A stretch of DNA of 64,000 bases from Cellvibrionales bacterium (GTDB taxonomy: Bacteria; Pseudomonadota; Gammaproteobacteria; Pseudomonadales; UBA7434), in the NCBI GenBank assembly GCA_041941365.1, contig JBGTQK010000001.1:190727-254726 (forward strand). The letters are read 5' to 3'. The position numbers and the translations under genes are program-made. Position 1 is the stretch's first letter; the number at the start of each line of letters is the position of its first letter. The notes under the pieces are model-generated. The model was not told the origin of the DNA, made no database searches, and saw nothing but the letters and a program-made list of their open reading frames with translations. Shown in pieces: positions 21,498-32,873 of the stretch.

Positions 21498-23585
21498 ATG
21501 ATGAAAAGAAAATTAGCAGCGGCTATTTTTTGTTTGAGTGTATTTTATTCTTCCTGGATTAATGCACTTGGACTCGGTGATGTCGAGCTCAATTCTGCAC
21601 TGAATGAGCAGCTCGAGGCTGAAATCCCACTCGTTAATTTAAAAGGCGTTTCTGCAGGATTGATTCAGGTAAATCTGGCAACGAAAGAAGACTTTCAGCT
21701 GATGAACCTTGATCGGCCGTTTTTTTTAAATCAATTGGAATTCAAAATCCAAAAGAACAACCGTGGCCAAAGAGTTATTGAGGTTACTACTGATGAGGCT
21801 GTAGAAGAGCCCTATTTAAACTTTTTAATTGAGGTGGTGTGGCCAAACGGTAGATTATTGAGAGAGTATTTGGTGTTGTTTGATCTTCCGGAATTTTCTG
21901 GAACACCTTCTGCCAACTCCGGCGTTACAGGTTCAATACCTTCAGTGAATGCGCCTACCTATTCTTCTACATCATCGTATAGTGGATCGATCAGTTTACC
22001 CAAGGGAAGCCGTTTAGGCATGGAATCCAGATTGGAAGGTGACTCATACTGGGTAGGCAGTATGGATACCTTGTTTAATGTTGCCAGACAAGTACAAGGG
22101 TCAGGCATTGATATTAATCAGGCTATGCTTGCTATCTTTGATGCTAACCCTGATGCATTTATCAATTCAAATATCAATTTATTAAAAAGTGGCACCACTT
22201 TGCAAATACCGGACTTTGATCAGGTAGATGTGTTAGGTCAGGTTGCTGCGAGTAATAAAGTAAAAGCATATCAAAACGGATCGATTAAGGGGCAGAACGC
22301 AGAAGTGCCAAAGGCAACTCAGCAAGTAGCAAAAGCTGAACCGGCTACGGATCAAAAAAAAACCAGCGCACAGATTGTTAGTGATATAAGAGATACGCAG
22401 CAAGTAAACGATAAAGCTTCTTTAGCTGCAGCTACTAACGTTACTAGTTCCGCATCCATTGCAGAAATTGAACGTTTACAGTCAGAGTTGGCAAGTAGCT
22501 TAGAGAACCTGGATAAAGCATCGTTAGAAAATGAGGCACTCAACGATAGAATTGATTCAGCAGAATCCAAGTTAAACGATGTAGAAAACTTATTATCGTT
22601 AAAAGCTCAGGAGTTAGAAACCTTACAGGACCAAATGACCGGTAGGGAAGCTGAGTTACAAAAAGAGCTAGAAGAAGTTAAACAGTCGGCAGCATCCCCA
22701 CAACCGGCTGTTACTGCAGTACAGAATGTGGCACCCCAAACAGTACCCACAACAGCGCCAGCTAAGCCATCACCCTTTTCTTTTAATACACTATCAGCTA
22801 TTTTGTTAGGTGCGGTTGCATTGTTGGCTGGTCTGGTAGCGTGGTTATTTATGCGTTCAAGAGGTGATACTACTGAAGAGGCTTATGAGTTTGTTCAAAC
22901 TGCCTCTAGTGAAACCGGTGAACTCTTACCAGCAAATGAAGCGGGGGCTACAGCGCCAGATTATGAAGAGCCTCAGGAGTTTGGTGCAGTTTCCAGTGAT
23001 GTGCCCGAAGAGTTTGGTGGGCAAGCCCTTTCAGAAAGTACTGAACAACATGATGATACTGATCTTGTGAATGCTGTTGCTGACGCGATCCCTGAAGATC
23101 CTTTAAGTGAAGCAGATGTATATATTACATACGGTCGTAATGAGCAGGCAGTTTCAATGTTGACACAAGCGTTACAAAAAGAGCCAGAGAATACAGACTA
23201 TCGCTTAAAGCTTATCGAAGCTTATGCAGCAATGGGAGACATGAAAAATGTCGACGAACAATGTGATAAAGTTTTATCGATTGACCCATTGTTAAGACCT
23301 CAGTTAGAAAAAATGTTTGCTGATAAAGAAGAGGAGTCGGTATCATCTGAGGTCGTTGAAGACATGGGGCTTGAAGTAGATAATTTGGCTCCTGAACAAA
23401 GTGTTGCAGATAAGGCACCAAGTGCAGATTTTGAAGAAGAGGTAGCAACAAAATTGGACCTTGCAAAAGCTTACTTCGATATGGGTGATTATGATGGTGC
23501 TAAAGATATTCTTGATGAAGTTATGGAAGAAGGAAACGGCGAGCAACAATCATTGGCACGTGAACTACTGAATAAGTTAGCATAA
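21498..23585 (+). CDS. fimV: FimV-family peptidoglycan-binding pilus/polar assembly protein
   Basis: 695 aa. Signal peptide, conserved FimV N-domain (LGLGDVELNSALNEQLEAEIPL), LysM-like segment (YWVGSMDTLFNVARQV...LLKSGTTLQIP), coiled coil, one TM, an acidic cytoplasmic region with TPR-like repeats and the FimV C-terminal motif (KLDLAKAYFDMGDYDGAKDILDEVMEEG). Sits in asd-fimV-truA synteny. Confidence 0.9.
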   Translation: MMKRKLAAAIFCLSVFYSSWINALGLGDVELNSALNEQLEAEIPLVNLKGVSAGLIQVNLATKEDFQLMNLDRPFFLNQLEFKIQKNNRGQRVIEVTTDEAVEEPYLNFLIEVVWPNGRLLREYLVLFDLPEFSGTPSANSGVTGSIPSVNAPTYSSTSSYSGSISLPKGSRLGMESRLEGDSYWVGSMDTLFNVARQVQGSGIDINQAMLAIFDANPDAFINSNINLLKSGTTLQIPDFDQVDVLGQVAASNKVKAYQNGSIKGQNAEVPKATQQVAKAEPATDQKKTSAQIVSDIRDTQQVNDKASLAAATNVTSSASIAEIERLQSELASSLENLDKASLENEALNDRIDSAESKLNDVENLLSLKAQELETLQDQMTGREAELQKELEEVKQSAASPQPAVTAVQNVAPQTVPTTAPAKPSPFSFNTLSAILLGAVALLAGLVAWLFMRSRGDTTEEAYEFVQTASSETGELLPANEAGATAPDYEEPQEFGAVSSDVPEEFGGQALSESTEQHDDTDLVNAVADAIPEDPLSEADVYITYGRNEQAVSMLTQALQKEPENTDYRLKLIEAYAAMGDMKNVDEQCDKVLSIDPLLRPQLEKMFADKEEESVSSEVVEDMGLEVDNLAPEQSVADKAPSADFEEEVATKLDLAKAYFDMGDYDGAKDILDEVMEEGNGEQQSLARELLNKLA

Positions 23586-23598
23586 CTTTTTGCGCTTG

Positions 23599-23628
23599 AA
23601 AAAAACCGGCTGCTGGCCGGTTTTTTTT
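23599..23628 (+). terminator. rho-independent terminator after fimV
   Basis: AAAAAAACCGGC-TGCTG-GCCGGTTTTTTTT: the GC stem CCGGC/GCCGG is flanked by an A-tract and an 8-T run, 14 nt after the stop. Confidence 0.85.
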
Positions 23629-23713
23629 GGTGTTTTATTTAATTTAAAAAGCACTTACAGTTCATTTCATTTAGCGTAGTTTTATCGTCAAATTAAAACA
23701 GGTTACTTAGACC

Positions 23714-24571
23714 TTGTCGGATTATTCACCCAAAAACAAGCCAACAATAAAGCAGCCCTATCCGGTAGTTTACGAAGGCGGGGCAAGAATTGCCATTGGT
23801 ATTGAATACAATGGCAGTCAGTTTTTTGGGTGGCAGCGCCAGCAAAACCCTGAAGTGATCTCTGTTCAAGGTGCGCTTGAGAATGCTATTGCCAAAGTAG
23901 CTGATCACCCGATCAAGTTATTTTGTGCTGGTCGTACTGATGCACGTGTCCACGCTACTCATCAGGTTGCGCATTATGATGTGAGGGTTGACCGGGGAGA
24001 GAAAGCCTGGGTTCAGGGTGTTAATAGCCATTTGCCAGATTCGATATGTGTTTTATGGGCCAGGCCAGTCAATGATTTGTTTCATGCGCGTTACACAGCA
24101 CTATCTCGCGAGTATCAGTACTGGATCGAAAATACGGCAGTAAAACCTGCTATTTTATCCGGTTTAATTACCCCTTATCGATACCAATTAGACGCTGAAA
24201 TAATGCATTCTGAAGCTCAGTGCTTATTAGGTGAAAATGATTTCAGTGCGTTTCGTGCGGCGAGTTGTGAAAGCTCAACGCCAATGAGAAATGTTTACCA
24301 TCTTAATGTCTTCACCCATATCGAATTTGATCGGCGTATTTGTATTGAAATCAAAGCGAATGCTTTTTTGCTGCATATGGTTCGAAATATTGCCGGTTCG
24401 TTATTGTCGGTGGGTTGTGGAAGAAAACCAAAAGGGTGGTTAAATTCGTTGATGCTAAAAAAAGACAGAAATCAAGCAGAGCCGACAGCCAAGCCCGACG
24501 GTCTTTATTTATGCCAGGTTGATTACCCCCCAGAATTTAATTTACCAATAGTTAAGCGACCGCCATTCTAG
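23714..24571 (+). CDS. truA: tRNA pseudouridine(38-40) synthase TruA
   Basis: 285 aa. Motifs IEYNGSQFFGWQRQ, catalytic GRTDARVHA and LHMVRNI. The TTG start gives an N-terminal extension of about 25 aa. No in-frame ATG or GTG lies closer to the conserved core. Confidence 0.9.
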   Translation: MSDYSPKNKPTIKQPYPVVYEGGARIAIGIEYNGSQFFGWQRQQNPEVISVQGALENAIAKVADHPIKLFCAGRTDARVHATHQVAHYDVRVDRGEKAWVQGVNSHLPDSICVLWARPVNDLFHARYTALSREYQYWIENTAVKPAILSGLITPYRYQLDAEIMHSEAQCLLGENDFSAFRAASCESSTPMRNVYHLNVFTHIEFDRRICIEIKANAFLLHMVRNIAGSLLSVGCGRKPKGWLNSLMLKKDRNQAEPTAKPDGLYLCQVDYPPEFNLPIVKRPPF

Positions 24572-24693
24572 TTTATTGTTGTCTTTTTTGTATACAATCA
24601 AGTGCTCACGGTATTACTGCTTGCATAAGCTTACAGCTTCGTTGGGTAAGTTTTGATAGAATGCTCAGTTTGGTGTTATCTCTTTGAGTCAAG

Positions 24694-25392
24694 ATGAATA
24701 ACGATTGTCAGGTGAGCAAAAAGAATACTGCGATTAAGATTTGTGGTTTAACCCGTTGTTCAGATATCGAAACCGCTGTTTGTGCTGGTGTTGATGCGAT
24801 AGGGTTTGTTTTTTATGCTCCCAGCCCTCGGTTCATTTCTACAGACTGTGCCAGGGAATTATGCAATAACATACCTCCCTTTGTCTCGCGTGTTGGTTTA
24901 TTTGTTAATGCTGAACCCGAACTGGTTAAGAAAGTGCTTTCATCTGTACCATTGTCGCTTTTACAGTTTCACGGTGACGAAAGCCCGGATTATTGTGAAC
25001 AGTTTGAGCGGCCTTATATCAAGGCAGTGCGTTTTGCTATCGATACAAAAGATCTTTCAAACAGGCATGCAAGCCAACAAGAGGCCAGCGATCGTTTCAA
25101 ACAAATAGTTGATTCGCACTCCAATGCTTCTGGCTTTTTATTGGATGCATTTCATGAAGGTGCTTATGGTGGAACAGGTAAGACTTTTGATTGGGGTTTG
25201 ATCCCTGAAGGTATACAACGTCCAATCATTTTGGCAGGTGGTCTCAATGAACAAAACGTCGCTGAGGCTATCCAAAAAGTACAACCGTATGCAGTTGATG
25301 TTAGTAGTGGTGTCGAAGCAGGTGAGCCAGGAATTAAAGACCCGGAAAAGATCAAAAACTTTATTCAAAGCGTATTAAGAACTCACCATTAA
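24694..25392 (+). CDS. trpF: phosphoribosylanthranilate isomerase
   Basis: 232 aa. Motifs IKICGLT, DAIGFVF, LQFHGDE, ILAGGL and VDVSSGVE. Precedes trpB-trpA. Confidence 0.9.
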   Translation: MNNDCQVSKKNTAIKICGLTRCSDIETAVCAGVDAIGFVFYAPSPRFISTDCARELCNNIPPFVSRVGLFVNAEPELVKKVLSSVPLSLLQFHGDESPDYCEQFERPYIKAVRFAIDTKDLSNRHASQQEASDRFKQIVDSHSNASGFLLDAFHEGAYGGTGKTFDWGLIPEGIQRPIILAGGLNEQNVAEAIQKVQPYAVDVSSGVEAGEPGIKDPEKIKNFIQSVLRTHH

Positions 25393-25415
25393 TGAGTTAA
25401 AGATTGGAAAGTTTT

Positions 25416-26645
25416 ATGAGTAATTCATCAGAAGATATATCGGATATAGATTTTTCCACTGTACCAGATGCACGTGGCCATTTTGGTCCATATGGTGGTC
25501 GTTTTGTCGCTGAAACGCTGATTTCAGCTTTGGACGAGCTTCAGGCTGCATACACCAAACTTAAAAGTGATCCAACATTTCAGGCAGAGTTTGATTCTGA
25601 CCTGTCAAATTATGTGGGTCGTCCATCGCCAGTCTATCATGCAGAAAGATGGAGTGAAAAACTCGGAGGCGCCCAGATTTTTTTGAAGCGCGAAGACTTG
25701 AATCATACGGGTGCACACAAAGTTAATAACACAATTGGTCAAGCTTTATTAGCAAAATATATGGGTAAGCCAAGAGTGATTGCTGAAACAGGCGCTGGAC
25801 AACACGGAGTGGCCTCAGCAACAGTTGCAGCACGTTTTGGTATGGAATGTCATGTGTTTATGGGCGAGGAAGATGTCAGGCGCCAATCGCTCAATGTTTA
25901 CCGAATGAAATTACTGGGTGCCGAAGTGATACCTGTAAAATCGGGGAGTCGAACGCTAAAAGATGCAATGAATGAAGCTCTACGCGACTGGGTCACTAAC
26001 GTAGATAATACGTTTTATATTATAGGAACAGTTGCAGGCCCTGCGCCTTATCCACAGCTGGTAAGGGATTTCCAATCTGTCATAGGTCGTGAAGCCAGAC
26101 AGCAAATGTTAGATCAAACCGGGAATCTTCCGGATGCACTGGTAGCATGTGTCGGAGGCGGATCTAACGCGATAGGTTTGTTCCATCCTATGCTGGATGA
26201 TAAAAGTATTGCTATGTATGGAGTTGAAGCTGGTGGTGAAGGTGTTGAAACAGGAAAGCATGCAGCACCTTTAAATGATGGGCGACCAGGAGTGTTGCAT
26301 GGTAATCGTACCTATCTCATGGAAGATGATAACGGCCAAATTATAGAAACGCACTCAATTTCTGCAGGTCTGGATTATCCAGGAGTGGGTCCGGAACATT
26401 CGTGGTTAAAAGATGTTGGACGAGTTAACTATGTTGCTGTAAATGATAATGAAGCGATGGATGCCTTTAGGCAGTTAACGCGTATTGAAGGCATTATGCC
26501 TGCATTGGAAACCAGTCACGCTCTGGCTTATGCTGCTAAACTTGCGCCGACAATGAGAAAAGACCAAACTATTCTGATTAATTTATCAGGGCGTGGAGAT
26601 AAAGATATTCTTACCGTAGCTGATATTGATGGAATTACTCTGTAA
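25416..26645 (+). CDS. trpB: tryptophan synthase beta chain
   Basis: [14 protein letters not shown]-lysine motif [19 protein letters not shown] and GGGSNAIG. I prefer ATG 25416 to TTG 25404. Confidence 0.96.
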   Translation: MSNSSEDISDIDFSTVPDARGHFGPYGGRFVAETLISALDELQAAYTKLKSDPTFQAEFDSDLSNYVGRPSPVYHAERWSEKLGGAQIFLKREDLNHTGAHKVNNTIGQALLAKYMGKPRVIAETGAGQHGVASATVAARFGMECHVFMGEEDVRRQSLNVYRMKLLGAEVIPVKSGSRTLKDAMNEALRDWVTNVDNTFYIIGTVAGPAPYPQLVRDFQSVIGREARQQMLDQTGNLPDALVACVGGGSNAIGLFHPMLDDKSIAMYGVEAGGEGVETGKHAAPLNDGRPGVLHGNRTYLMEDDNGQIIETHSISAGLDYPGVGPEHSWLKDVGRVNYVAVNDNEAMDAFRQLTRIEGIMPALETSHALAYAAKLAPTMRKDQTILINLSGRGDKDILTVADIDGITL

Positions 26646-26671
26646 AATTTATTTTAAGTATAGGTATTATT

Positions 26672-27505
26672 TTGAGTCGTTTGAAAGCCTGCCTGGCTGA
26701 ATTAAAAGCAAAACAAAGCAAAGCCGTTATACCCTATATCGTAGCAGGCGACCCTTGGCCAGAGGCAACTGTTTCATTAATGCACAGTCTGGTAGAAAAA
26801 GGAGCTGATGTAATAGAGCTGGGGATTCCGTTCTCTGACCCTATGGCTGAAGGCCCTGTAATTCAATTAGCTCATGAACGTGCTCTAGTGCATAAAGTCG
26901 GCTTGAAGAATGTGTTAGCCATGGTGGCAGAGTTTCGTCAAAAGGATATTGAAACGCCAGTCGTTTTAATGGGGTATGCAAATCCTGTAGAGGCAATGGG
27001 TTATGATATGTTTGCATCTATGGCAGAAAAGTCAGGTGTGGATGCGGTTCTGATTGTTGATTTACCGCCAGAAGAGGCGATGTTACTTCATGATGTATTA
27101 GAATCAAAATCAATTGATACTATTTTCCTGATTGCACCAACAACATCAGAAGAAAGAATACGTTCTATCTGTGAAAATGCATCGGGTTATATTTATTATG
27201 TATCATTAAAAGGTGTCACAGGTGCTGGTCATCTGGATACTGATGAGGTGCAGTCCAAGCTTGCACAAATCACGGCTTATACTGACTTACCTGTTTGTGT
27301 AGGGTTTGGTATTAAAGATGAAACCTCAGCAAGAGCTATTGCGAGTTACGCTGATGGTATTGTTGTTGGGAGTGTATTGGTTAATGCAATTCATGAAGCA
27401 AGCCAGGCGACGGAACAACAAAACCCGGATAGTCAGCAGGTGTTGATCAATAGAGTACATGGGGTTTTTGAAAATATCTGCGAAGGTGCCAAAAAACCTG
27501 ATTAA
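26672..27505 (+). CDS. trpA: tryptophan synthase alpha chain
   Basis: 277 aa, TTG start. Motifs IPYIVAGDP, IELGIPFSDPMAEGPVIQ, YYVSLKGVTG and GFGI. Confidence 0.93.
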   Translation: MSRLKACLAELKAKQSKAVIPYIVAGDPWPEATVSLMHSLVEKGADVIELGIPFSDPMAEGPVIQLAHERALVHKVGLKNVLAMVAEFRQKDIETPVVLMGYANPVEAMGYDMFASMAEKSGVDAVLIVDLPPEEAMLLHDVLESKSIDTIFLIAPTTSEERIRSICENASGYIYYVSLKGVTGAGHLDTDEVQSKLAQITAYTDLPVCVGFGIKDETSARAIASYADGIVVGSVLVNAIHEASQATEQQNPDSQQVLINRVHGVFENICEGAKKPD

Positions 27506-27565
27506 AGCTGATCTGTTAATATCGGTATTTTTTTAAATGTTATTTTAAAAGATGTGAGAGACTGA

Positions 27566-28528
27566 ATGAGTTGGTTAGATAAAATAAAACCTTCCTTCGT
27601 TTTAAATTCGGAGCAAAAACAGGAAAAACAACGAGCTTCAGTTCCAGAGGGCCTCTGGAAAAAATGTGTTCGTTGTGAAGCCGTTCTATATCGTCCAGAA
27701 CTTGAAAAGAATCTCGATGTATGTCCAAAATGTGGACATCACATACGCATTGATGCGCGAAGACGATTGGCCATTTTTCTTGATGAAGAAAATCAACAAG
27801 AAATTGGTGAAGATGTAAAACCTGTTGACCGTTTAAAATTTAAAGATGTAAAGCGTTATAAGGATAGACTGACGCAGGCACAAAAAGCGACGGGTGAGCA
27901 GGATGCGTTAATAGCTATCGCAGGTACGTTAAAAGAAAAGCCCATTGTCTGTACGGCTTTTGCATTCAGTTTTCATGGCGGCTCTATGGGATACGCTGTT
28001 GGAGAGAAGTTTACTCGAGCAGCAAATGAAGCGATTGAAAGGGAATGTCCTCTGGTTTGCTTCAGTGCCACCGGCGGAGCACGAATGCAGGAGGCATTAA
28101 TCTCTTTAATGCAAATGGCAAAAACCAGTGCAGTGTTAGAGCGCATGAAACGTTTGGGTTTGCCCTATATTTCTGTACTTACCGACCCGGTTTATGGGGG
28201 TGTTTCAGCCAGTTTGGCAATGTTGGGCGATATAAATATTGCTGAACCCAATGCTCGAGCTGGATTCGCAGGCCCAAATATTATTGAACAGACAATTCGA
28301 CAAAAGTTACCTGCCGGTTTCCAAAGAAGCGAGTTTTTATTACAACGAGGTGCAATTGACATGATTGTACATCGTCTGGAAATGCGTGACACAATTGCTC
28401 GCTTATTATCAGCATTGATGCATAAGCGCGATATAGTAACTGACACAGTTGTTGAAAATGAACAGGGTCCAGAATCTGATGACTTACAACAAACTGCTTC
28501 ATCTGAAGATAACCCTGTTGAAGAATAA
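27566..28528 (+). CDS. accD: acetyl-CoA carboxylase carboxyltransferase beta subunit
   Basis: N-terminal zinc ribbon (CVRCEAVLY...CPKCGHH) followed by the carboxyltransferase domain ([15 protein letters not shown]). Confidence 0.95.
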   Translation: MSWLDKIKPSFVLNSEQKQEKQRASVPEGLWKKCVRCEAVLYRPELEKNLDVCPKCGHHIRIDARRRLAIFLDEENQQEIGEDVKPVDRLKFKDVKRYKDRLTQAQKATGEQDALIAIAGTLKEKPIVCTAFAFSFHGGSMGYAVGEKFTRAANEAIERECPLVCFSATGGARMQEALISLMQMAKTSAVLERMKRLGLPYISVLTDPVYGGVSASLAMLGDINIAEPNARAGFAGPNIIEQTIRQKLPAGFQRSEFLLQRGAIDMIVHRLEMRDTIARLLSALMHKRDIVTDTVVENEQGPESDDLQQTASSEDNPVEE

Positions 28529-28551
28529 ACGTCTGGTTTTATTCACTTTTA

Positions 28552-29931
28552 ATGCGTTTTAACACCTTATCAGAATGGTTAGAATGGCTTGAAGAGCAGC
28601 ACCCCGTATCGATTGATTTGGGGCTTGAGCGAATACACAAGGTTGCTTCACATCTTGATATATTGTCATTCACTGCTCGGATCGTCACAGTTGCAGGAAC
28701 GAATGGCAAAGGATCTACCAGTAAAATTATTTATGAGCTGTTATTGTCTTTATCAAAAGATAGAGCTGTTAATATAGGTTTGTATACCTCTCCTCATCTC
28801 ATCGCTTTTAATGAAAGAATAATAATCAATAATGAACTTGCAAAAGACTCAGAAATTATTGCGGCCTTTGCTCATATTGATAATGCAATACAACGCATCA
28901 ACGAATCTGGTTCAGAAGTTACATTAACGTATTTCGAATATACAACATTAGCAGCGCTTTGGTTATTTCAACAAGCAGACCTGGATTATATTATTCTGGA
29001 AGTTGGTTTAGGGGGCAGGCTGGATGCAGTCAATATTGTTGAACCTGAAGTGAGTGTGATTACCAGTATTGATCTTGATCATCAAGAGTTTTTAGGCACA
29101 ACTCGCTCGGAAATAGCGCTGGAAAAAGCAGGTATTGCAAGACAAGGTAAGCCTGTTGTCATTGGGGAGGAAGTGCCACCTGAATCTTTGCTTTCACACC
29201 TTGGTTCAATAGGCGCTAAAGCTTACTGGTATTCCAAATCTGTTCCAGCAGAAAGAATGTCTCACTATTTCTCAATGTTAGATAATGGTGAGTATAGTTG
29301 GAGGGGGTTGGATGCAGATAATCATTTAATAGTGTTGAAAGGATTAACTGAACCTGAATTATATTTGAGTAATTGGAGTTGTGCGTTACAGGTTGTGAGT
29401 TTATTAGGATTTCCCCTCACTACGGATACGGTAAATTTATTATTGAATACAACCTTAAGAGGTAGATGTTCTGTACATCAATGGAAAAATCGTTCTTTTA
29501 TTCTTGATGTAGCGCATAATACAGAGGCTGTAAAATTATTGCGCAAAAAAATAATGGCGAGTACTAACAATAAAAGTACAAATACAAAATGCATTGCTAT
29601 TTTTGCAGCGTTAAACAATAAACCTGTGGTAGAGATGCTTAATATAATGGAAGATTGTGTTGATGATTGGCTATTTCCTTCACTTAATCAGGTGCAACGT
29701 GCAATGCCGGCAGAATTGATTCTGGATCAATACAAAGCCATAAAAAAAACGATTCCTAATAAAAAACACCAGAATCAGGATGTACAATTGCCAACCTTAT
29801 ACGAGAGTGTAGAAAGTGCTATGAAATCTGCTATTGTTAGCAGCGATCAAGACGATAAAATACTCGTATTTGGATCATTTTACACAGTATCGCAAGCCAT
29901 GCAGGTTATGATGAACTCAGTGGAAGTGTAG
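28552..29931 (+). CDS. folC: bifunctional folylpolyglutamate synthase / dihydrofolate synthase
   Basis: 459 aa. Mur-ligase P-loop VAGTNGKGST, LEVGLGGRLDA, and DVAHN in the C-domain. Sits in accD-folC-dedD-cvpA-purF synteny. Confidence 0.92.
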   Translation: MRFNTLSEWLEWLEEQHPVSIDLGLERIHKVASHLDILSFTARIVTVAGTNGKGSTSKIIYELLLSLSKDRAVNIGLYTSPHLIAFNERIIINNELAKDSEIIAAFAHIDNAIQRINESGSEVTLTYFEYTTLAALWLFQQADLDYIILEVGLGGRLDAVNIVEPEVSVITSIDLDHQEFLGTTRSEIALEKAGIARQGKPVVIGEEVPPESLLSHLGSIGAKAYWYSKSVPAERMSHYFSMLDNGEYSWRGLDADNHLIVLKGLTEPELYLSNWSCALQVVSLLGFPLTTDTVNLLLNTTLRGRCSVHQWKNRSFILDVAHNTEAVKLLRKKIMASTNNKSTNTKCIAIFAALNNKPVVEMLNIMEDCVDDWLFPSLNQVQRAMPAELILDQYKAIKKTIPNKKHQNQDVQLPTLYESVESAMKSAIVSSDQDDKILVFGSFYTVSQAMQVMMNSVEV

Positions 29932-29960
29932 CCTGATTTGAAGTTAACAGAGAGACTTAT

Positions 29961-30653
29961 TTGCAAGAAATAAACGCTTCTATAAAACAGAGATTGATTG
30001 GAGCCATTACTTTACTGGTGGTGGCAGCATTAGTGTGGCCATTCTTATTTGATTTCAATGAATCGCATAAGGTTGTCGAAGTCGATCTGGACAAGCAGCG
30101 TCTAAAAAAAGTAGCATCAGATAATACCGGGAAATCGCCAGAACCCCGTTCTATTTCAAAAATAACAAAAACGGATACCAAAAAAGTTGTTGCCAATACA
30201 AATGATAGTGAGGGCAATAGCAATAGTCTTGTGCAAGAGAGCTCACAGAGTAAAAATACTGGTTCATTAAAAAGTGTTGAAAAGAAAATAAAAACACTTC
30301 GAACAGAACGCATTGAGAAAACAGCACTATATACTTCTGAAGAAAATACGACAGCTGATGAAGCTGGTAATCGATCAGCTACACCTGATATTCCATCTCT
30401 TGATAAAAATAAAGTGCCTGTAACTTATGTAGTGCAGGTCGGCGTTTTTAAAGAGTGGAAGAATGCTACTCGATTAAAAGATAAGTTGGTTTTTAGAGGC
30501 CATAAAGCATTTCTGAAACCTGCAACACCAGCGAAGGGAGGGCCCTATAAACTCTCGGTTGGCCCTATGTTAACGTTGAATGGCGCTAAAGATCTAGAAA
30601 AGCGTTTAAAAGCACTTAATGAAGTTAATGACACGTATATCAGAGAGTATTAG
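29961..30653 (+). CDS. dedD: SPOR-domain cell division protein (DedD-like)
   Basis: 230 aa, TTG start after GAGAG. N-terminal TM (KQRLIGAITLLVVAALVWPF), a low-complexity linker and a C-terminal SPOR domain (YVVQVGVFKEWKNATRLKDKL...YKLSVGPM). Confidence 0.8.
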   Translation: MQEINASIKQRLIGAITLLVVAALVWPFLFDFNESHKVVEVDLDKQRLKKVASDNTGKSPEPRSISKITKTDTKKVVANTNDSEGNSNSLVQESSQSKNTGSLKSVEKKIKTLRTERIEKTALYTSEENTTADEAGNRSATPDIPSLDKNKVPVTYVVQVGVFKEWKNATRLKDKLVFRGHKAFLKPATPAKGGPYKLSVGPMLTLNGAKDLEKRLKALNEVNDTYIREY

Positions 30654-30692
30654 TCAGCATTAACTTGAAGCCAGATTAAAGTTATATCGATA

Positions 30693-31226
30693 ATGAATGA
30701 AATAGATTGGATAATTATAGGCATTCTTGGCATTTCGGGTTTCATCAGTTTGTTAAGAGGGTTTGTGAAAGAAGCGATCTCACTTTTTATTTGGGTGATT
30801 GCATTAATATTAGCAATTTCACTTGCACCCAAGTTAGCCCTGATTTTGTCTCAATGGTTGAGCCATCCAGCGCTACAAATGATGATAGCGTTTGTTTTAA
30901 TTTTTATTGGAACGTTAATTGTTGGTGGTTTGGTTAATCAGATAATCTATGCGTTATTAAAAAAAGCAGGATTAGGTTATCTGGATCGCTTGTTAGGTGT
31001 AGTTTTTGGTGTTTTAAGAGGGAGCATTATTGTTATAGCCTGTTTAATAATAGTGCCATCAGTTATTGCTGTTGAAGAACATCAACTCTGGAAAGATTCG
31101 CAATTAATTCCAAAATTCCTGCTATTGGAAGATTGGGCAAAAGCAACCTTTAGTGATGTAGCGCGTTGGCGCTTTGATATGATTAATGGTGCAATGAATT
31201 CAACCTCTAGTGAGTCAGGTAACTGA
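30693..31226 (+). CDS. cvpA: CvpA-family membrane protein (colicin V production protein)
   Basis: 177 aa, four hydrophobic helices. It opens MNEIDWIIIGILGISGFISLLRGFVKE, as is typical of CvpA. Located directly upstream of purF. Confidence 0.88.
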   Translation: MNEIDWIIIGILGISGFISLLRGFVKEAISLFIWVIALILAISLAPKLALILSQWLSHPALQMMIAFVLIFIGTLIVGGLVNQIIYALLKKAGLGYLDRLLGVVFGVLRGSIIVIACLIIVPSVIAVEEHQLWKDSQLIPKFLLLEDWAKATFSDVARWRFDMINGAMNSTSSESGN

Positions 31227-31287
31227 TACTTATGGTAGTAACAACTTTCTTTATAAATGAGACTCTTCTATATAAGGAGGCAAACCT

Positions 31288-32820
31288 GTGTGTGGCGTAG
31301 TTGGTGTAGTAGGACAAACTAATGTCAATCAAGTGCTTTACGATGCGTTAACCATATTACAGCATCGTGGGCAGGATGCCGCAGGTATGATGACTTATGA
31401 TGAAGGTCGTTTTAATCAGCGGAAGGGTAATGGGCTGGTTCGTGATGTTTTTATGCAGCATCATATGGAGCGTCTTTCCGGGAAAATAGGCATGGCTCAT
31501 TGTCGTTATCCGACAGCAGGGAGTTCCAGTCCTGCATTAGCCCAACCGTTTTATGTTAACGCACCTTATGGTATAGCGTTAGGACATAATGGTAATTTGG
31601 TAAATTCTGATAAACTCAATAAAGAAGTATTTGAACAGGATTTGCGTCATGTGAATACAGATTCTGATTCAGAGGTTATGCTTAATGTATTTGCACATGA
31701 GTTACATGCGCAAAAAAAACTGATCCCAACCCAGGATGATATATTTGAAGCACTAAAAGGTGTTTATCGGAGATGTTCAGGCGGTTATGCTGTCATTGCA
31801 ATGATTTCAAATTTTGGCATGGTGGGTTTTAGAGATCCAAACGGAATAAGACCGTTAGTCTATGGTGAGAGGGAGACCAGTTCGGGTAAAGAATATATGA
31901 TAGCTTCCGAGAGCGTAGCCTTAAGTGCTTTGGGATTCAGGGTTATCGCTGATGTTGAACCGGGACAAGCAGTTTTTATATCCAATGATGGTCAGGTTTA
32001 TTTACAACAATGTGCTGAGACAACCAGGCACACGCCTTGTATTTTTGAATATGTTTATTTTGCCAGGCCGGATTCTATTATTGATGATATCTCTGTTTAT
32101 AAAGCACGATTACGAATGGGTGAGAAACTGGCGGAGAAAATTAAACGCCTTTATCCAGACCATGATATTGATGCGGTTATTCCTATACCTGATACCAGCC
32201 GGGTTTCTGCACAAGTTTTGGCGTACAATCTCGAAGTGAAATTTAGAGAAGGATTAGTGAAGAACCGTTATATTGGTCGTACATTTATCATGCCTGGCCA
32301 GAGTGTAAGAAAAAAATCGGTTCGACAAAAACTGAATACGATTAGCCTTGAGTTTAAAGACAAGAATGTTTTGTTAGTCGATGATTCAATCGTAAGGGGC
32401 ACAACTTGTAACGAAATTATCGAAATGGCCAGAGAGGCAGGTGCAAGAAAAGTATATTTTGCTTCTGCTGCCCCACCGGTTCGTTATCCGAATGTTTATG
32501 GCATTGATATGCCATCGGCAGAAGAATTAATTGCTCACAATAAAACAGCTGAACAGGTTTGTGAAGAAATTGGTGCAGACTGGTTGATCTATCAGGATCT
32601 TGAAGATTTGATTGAATGTGCCAGAGAAGGTAATCCTGATATTGAGCAATTTGATTGCTCGGTATTCAATGGCAATTATATTACAGGTGATGTTGATCAG
32701 GAGTATTTGGCTAATTTACATGACTCCCGGAATGACAAGGCAAAAAAGCGCAAACGGGAGTACAGTAATGCCAATAGGGCAACTACGGCTGTGGTCGATC
32801 TTTATAATGATGTTTCCTAG
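31288..32820 (+). CDS. purF: amidophosphoribosyltransferase
   Basis: GTG start 7 nt after AAGGAGG. It has the N-terminal nucleophile MCGVVGV, RGQDAAG, and the PRTase motif [13 protein letters not shown]. Confidence 0.96.
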   Translation: MCGVVGVVGQTNVNQVLYDALTILQHRGQDAAGMMTYDEGRFNQRKGNGLVRDVFMQHHMERLSGKIGMAHCRYPTAGSSSPALAQPFYVNAPYGIALGHNGNLVNSDKLNKEVFEQDLRHVNTDSDSEVMLNVFAHELHAQKKLIPTQDDIFEALKGVYRRCSGGYAVIAMISNFGMVGFRDPNGIRPLVYGERETSSGKEYMIASESVALSALGFRVIADVEPGQAVFISNDGQVYLQQCAETTRHTPCIFEYVYFARPDSIIDDISVYKARLRMGEKLAEKIKRLYPDHDIDAVIPIPDTSRVSAQVLAYNLEVKFREGLVKNRYIGRTFIMPGQSVRKKSVRQKLNTISLEFKDKNVLLVDDSIVRGTTCNEIIEMAREAGARKVYFASAAPPVRYPNVYGIDMPSAEELIAHNKTAEQVCEEIGADWLIYQDLEDLIECAREGNPDIEQFDCSVFNGNYITGDVDQEYLANLHDSRNDKAKKRKREYSNANRATTAVVDLYNDVS

Positions 32821-32873
32821 CATAGCAACTCTTTGAGTTTAATCGCTTTCTAGTTACAACTGAATTACAAACT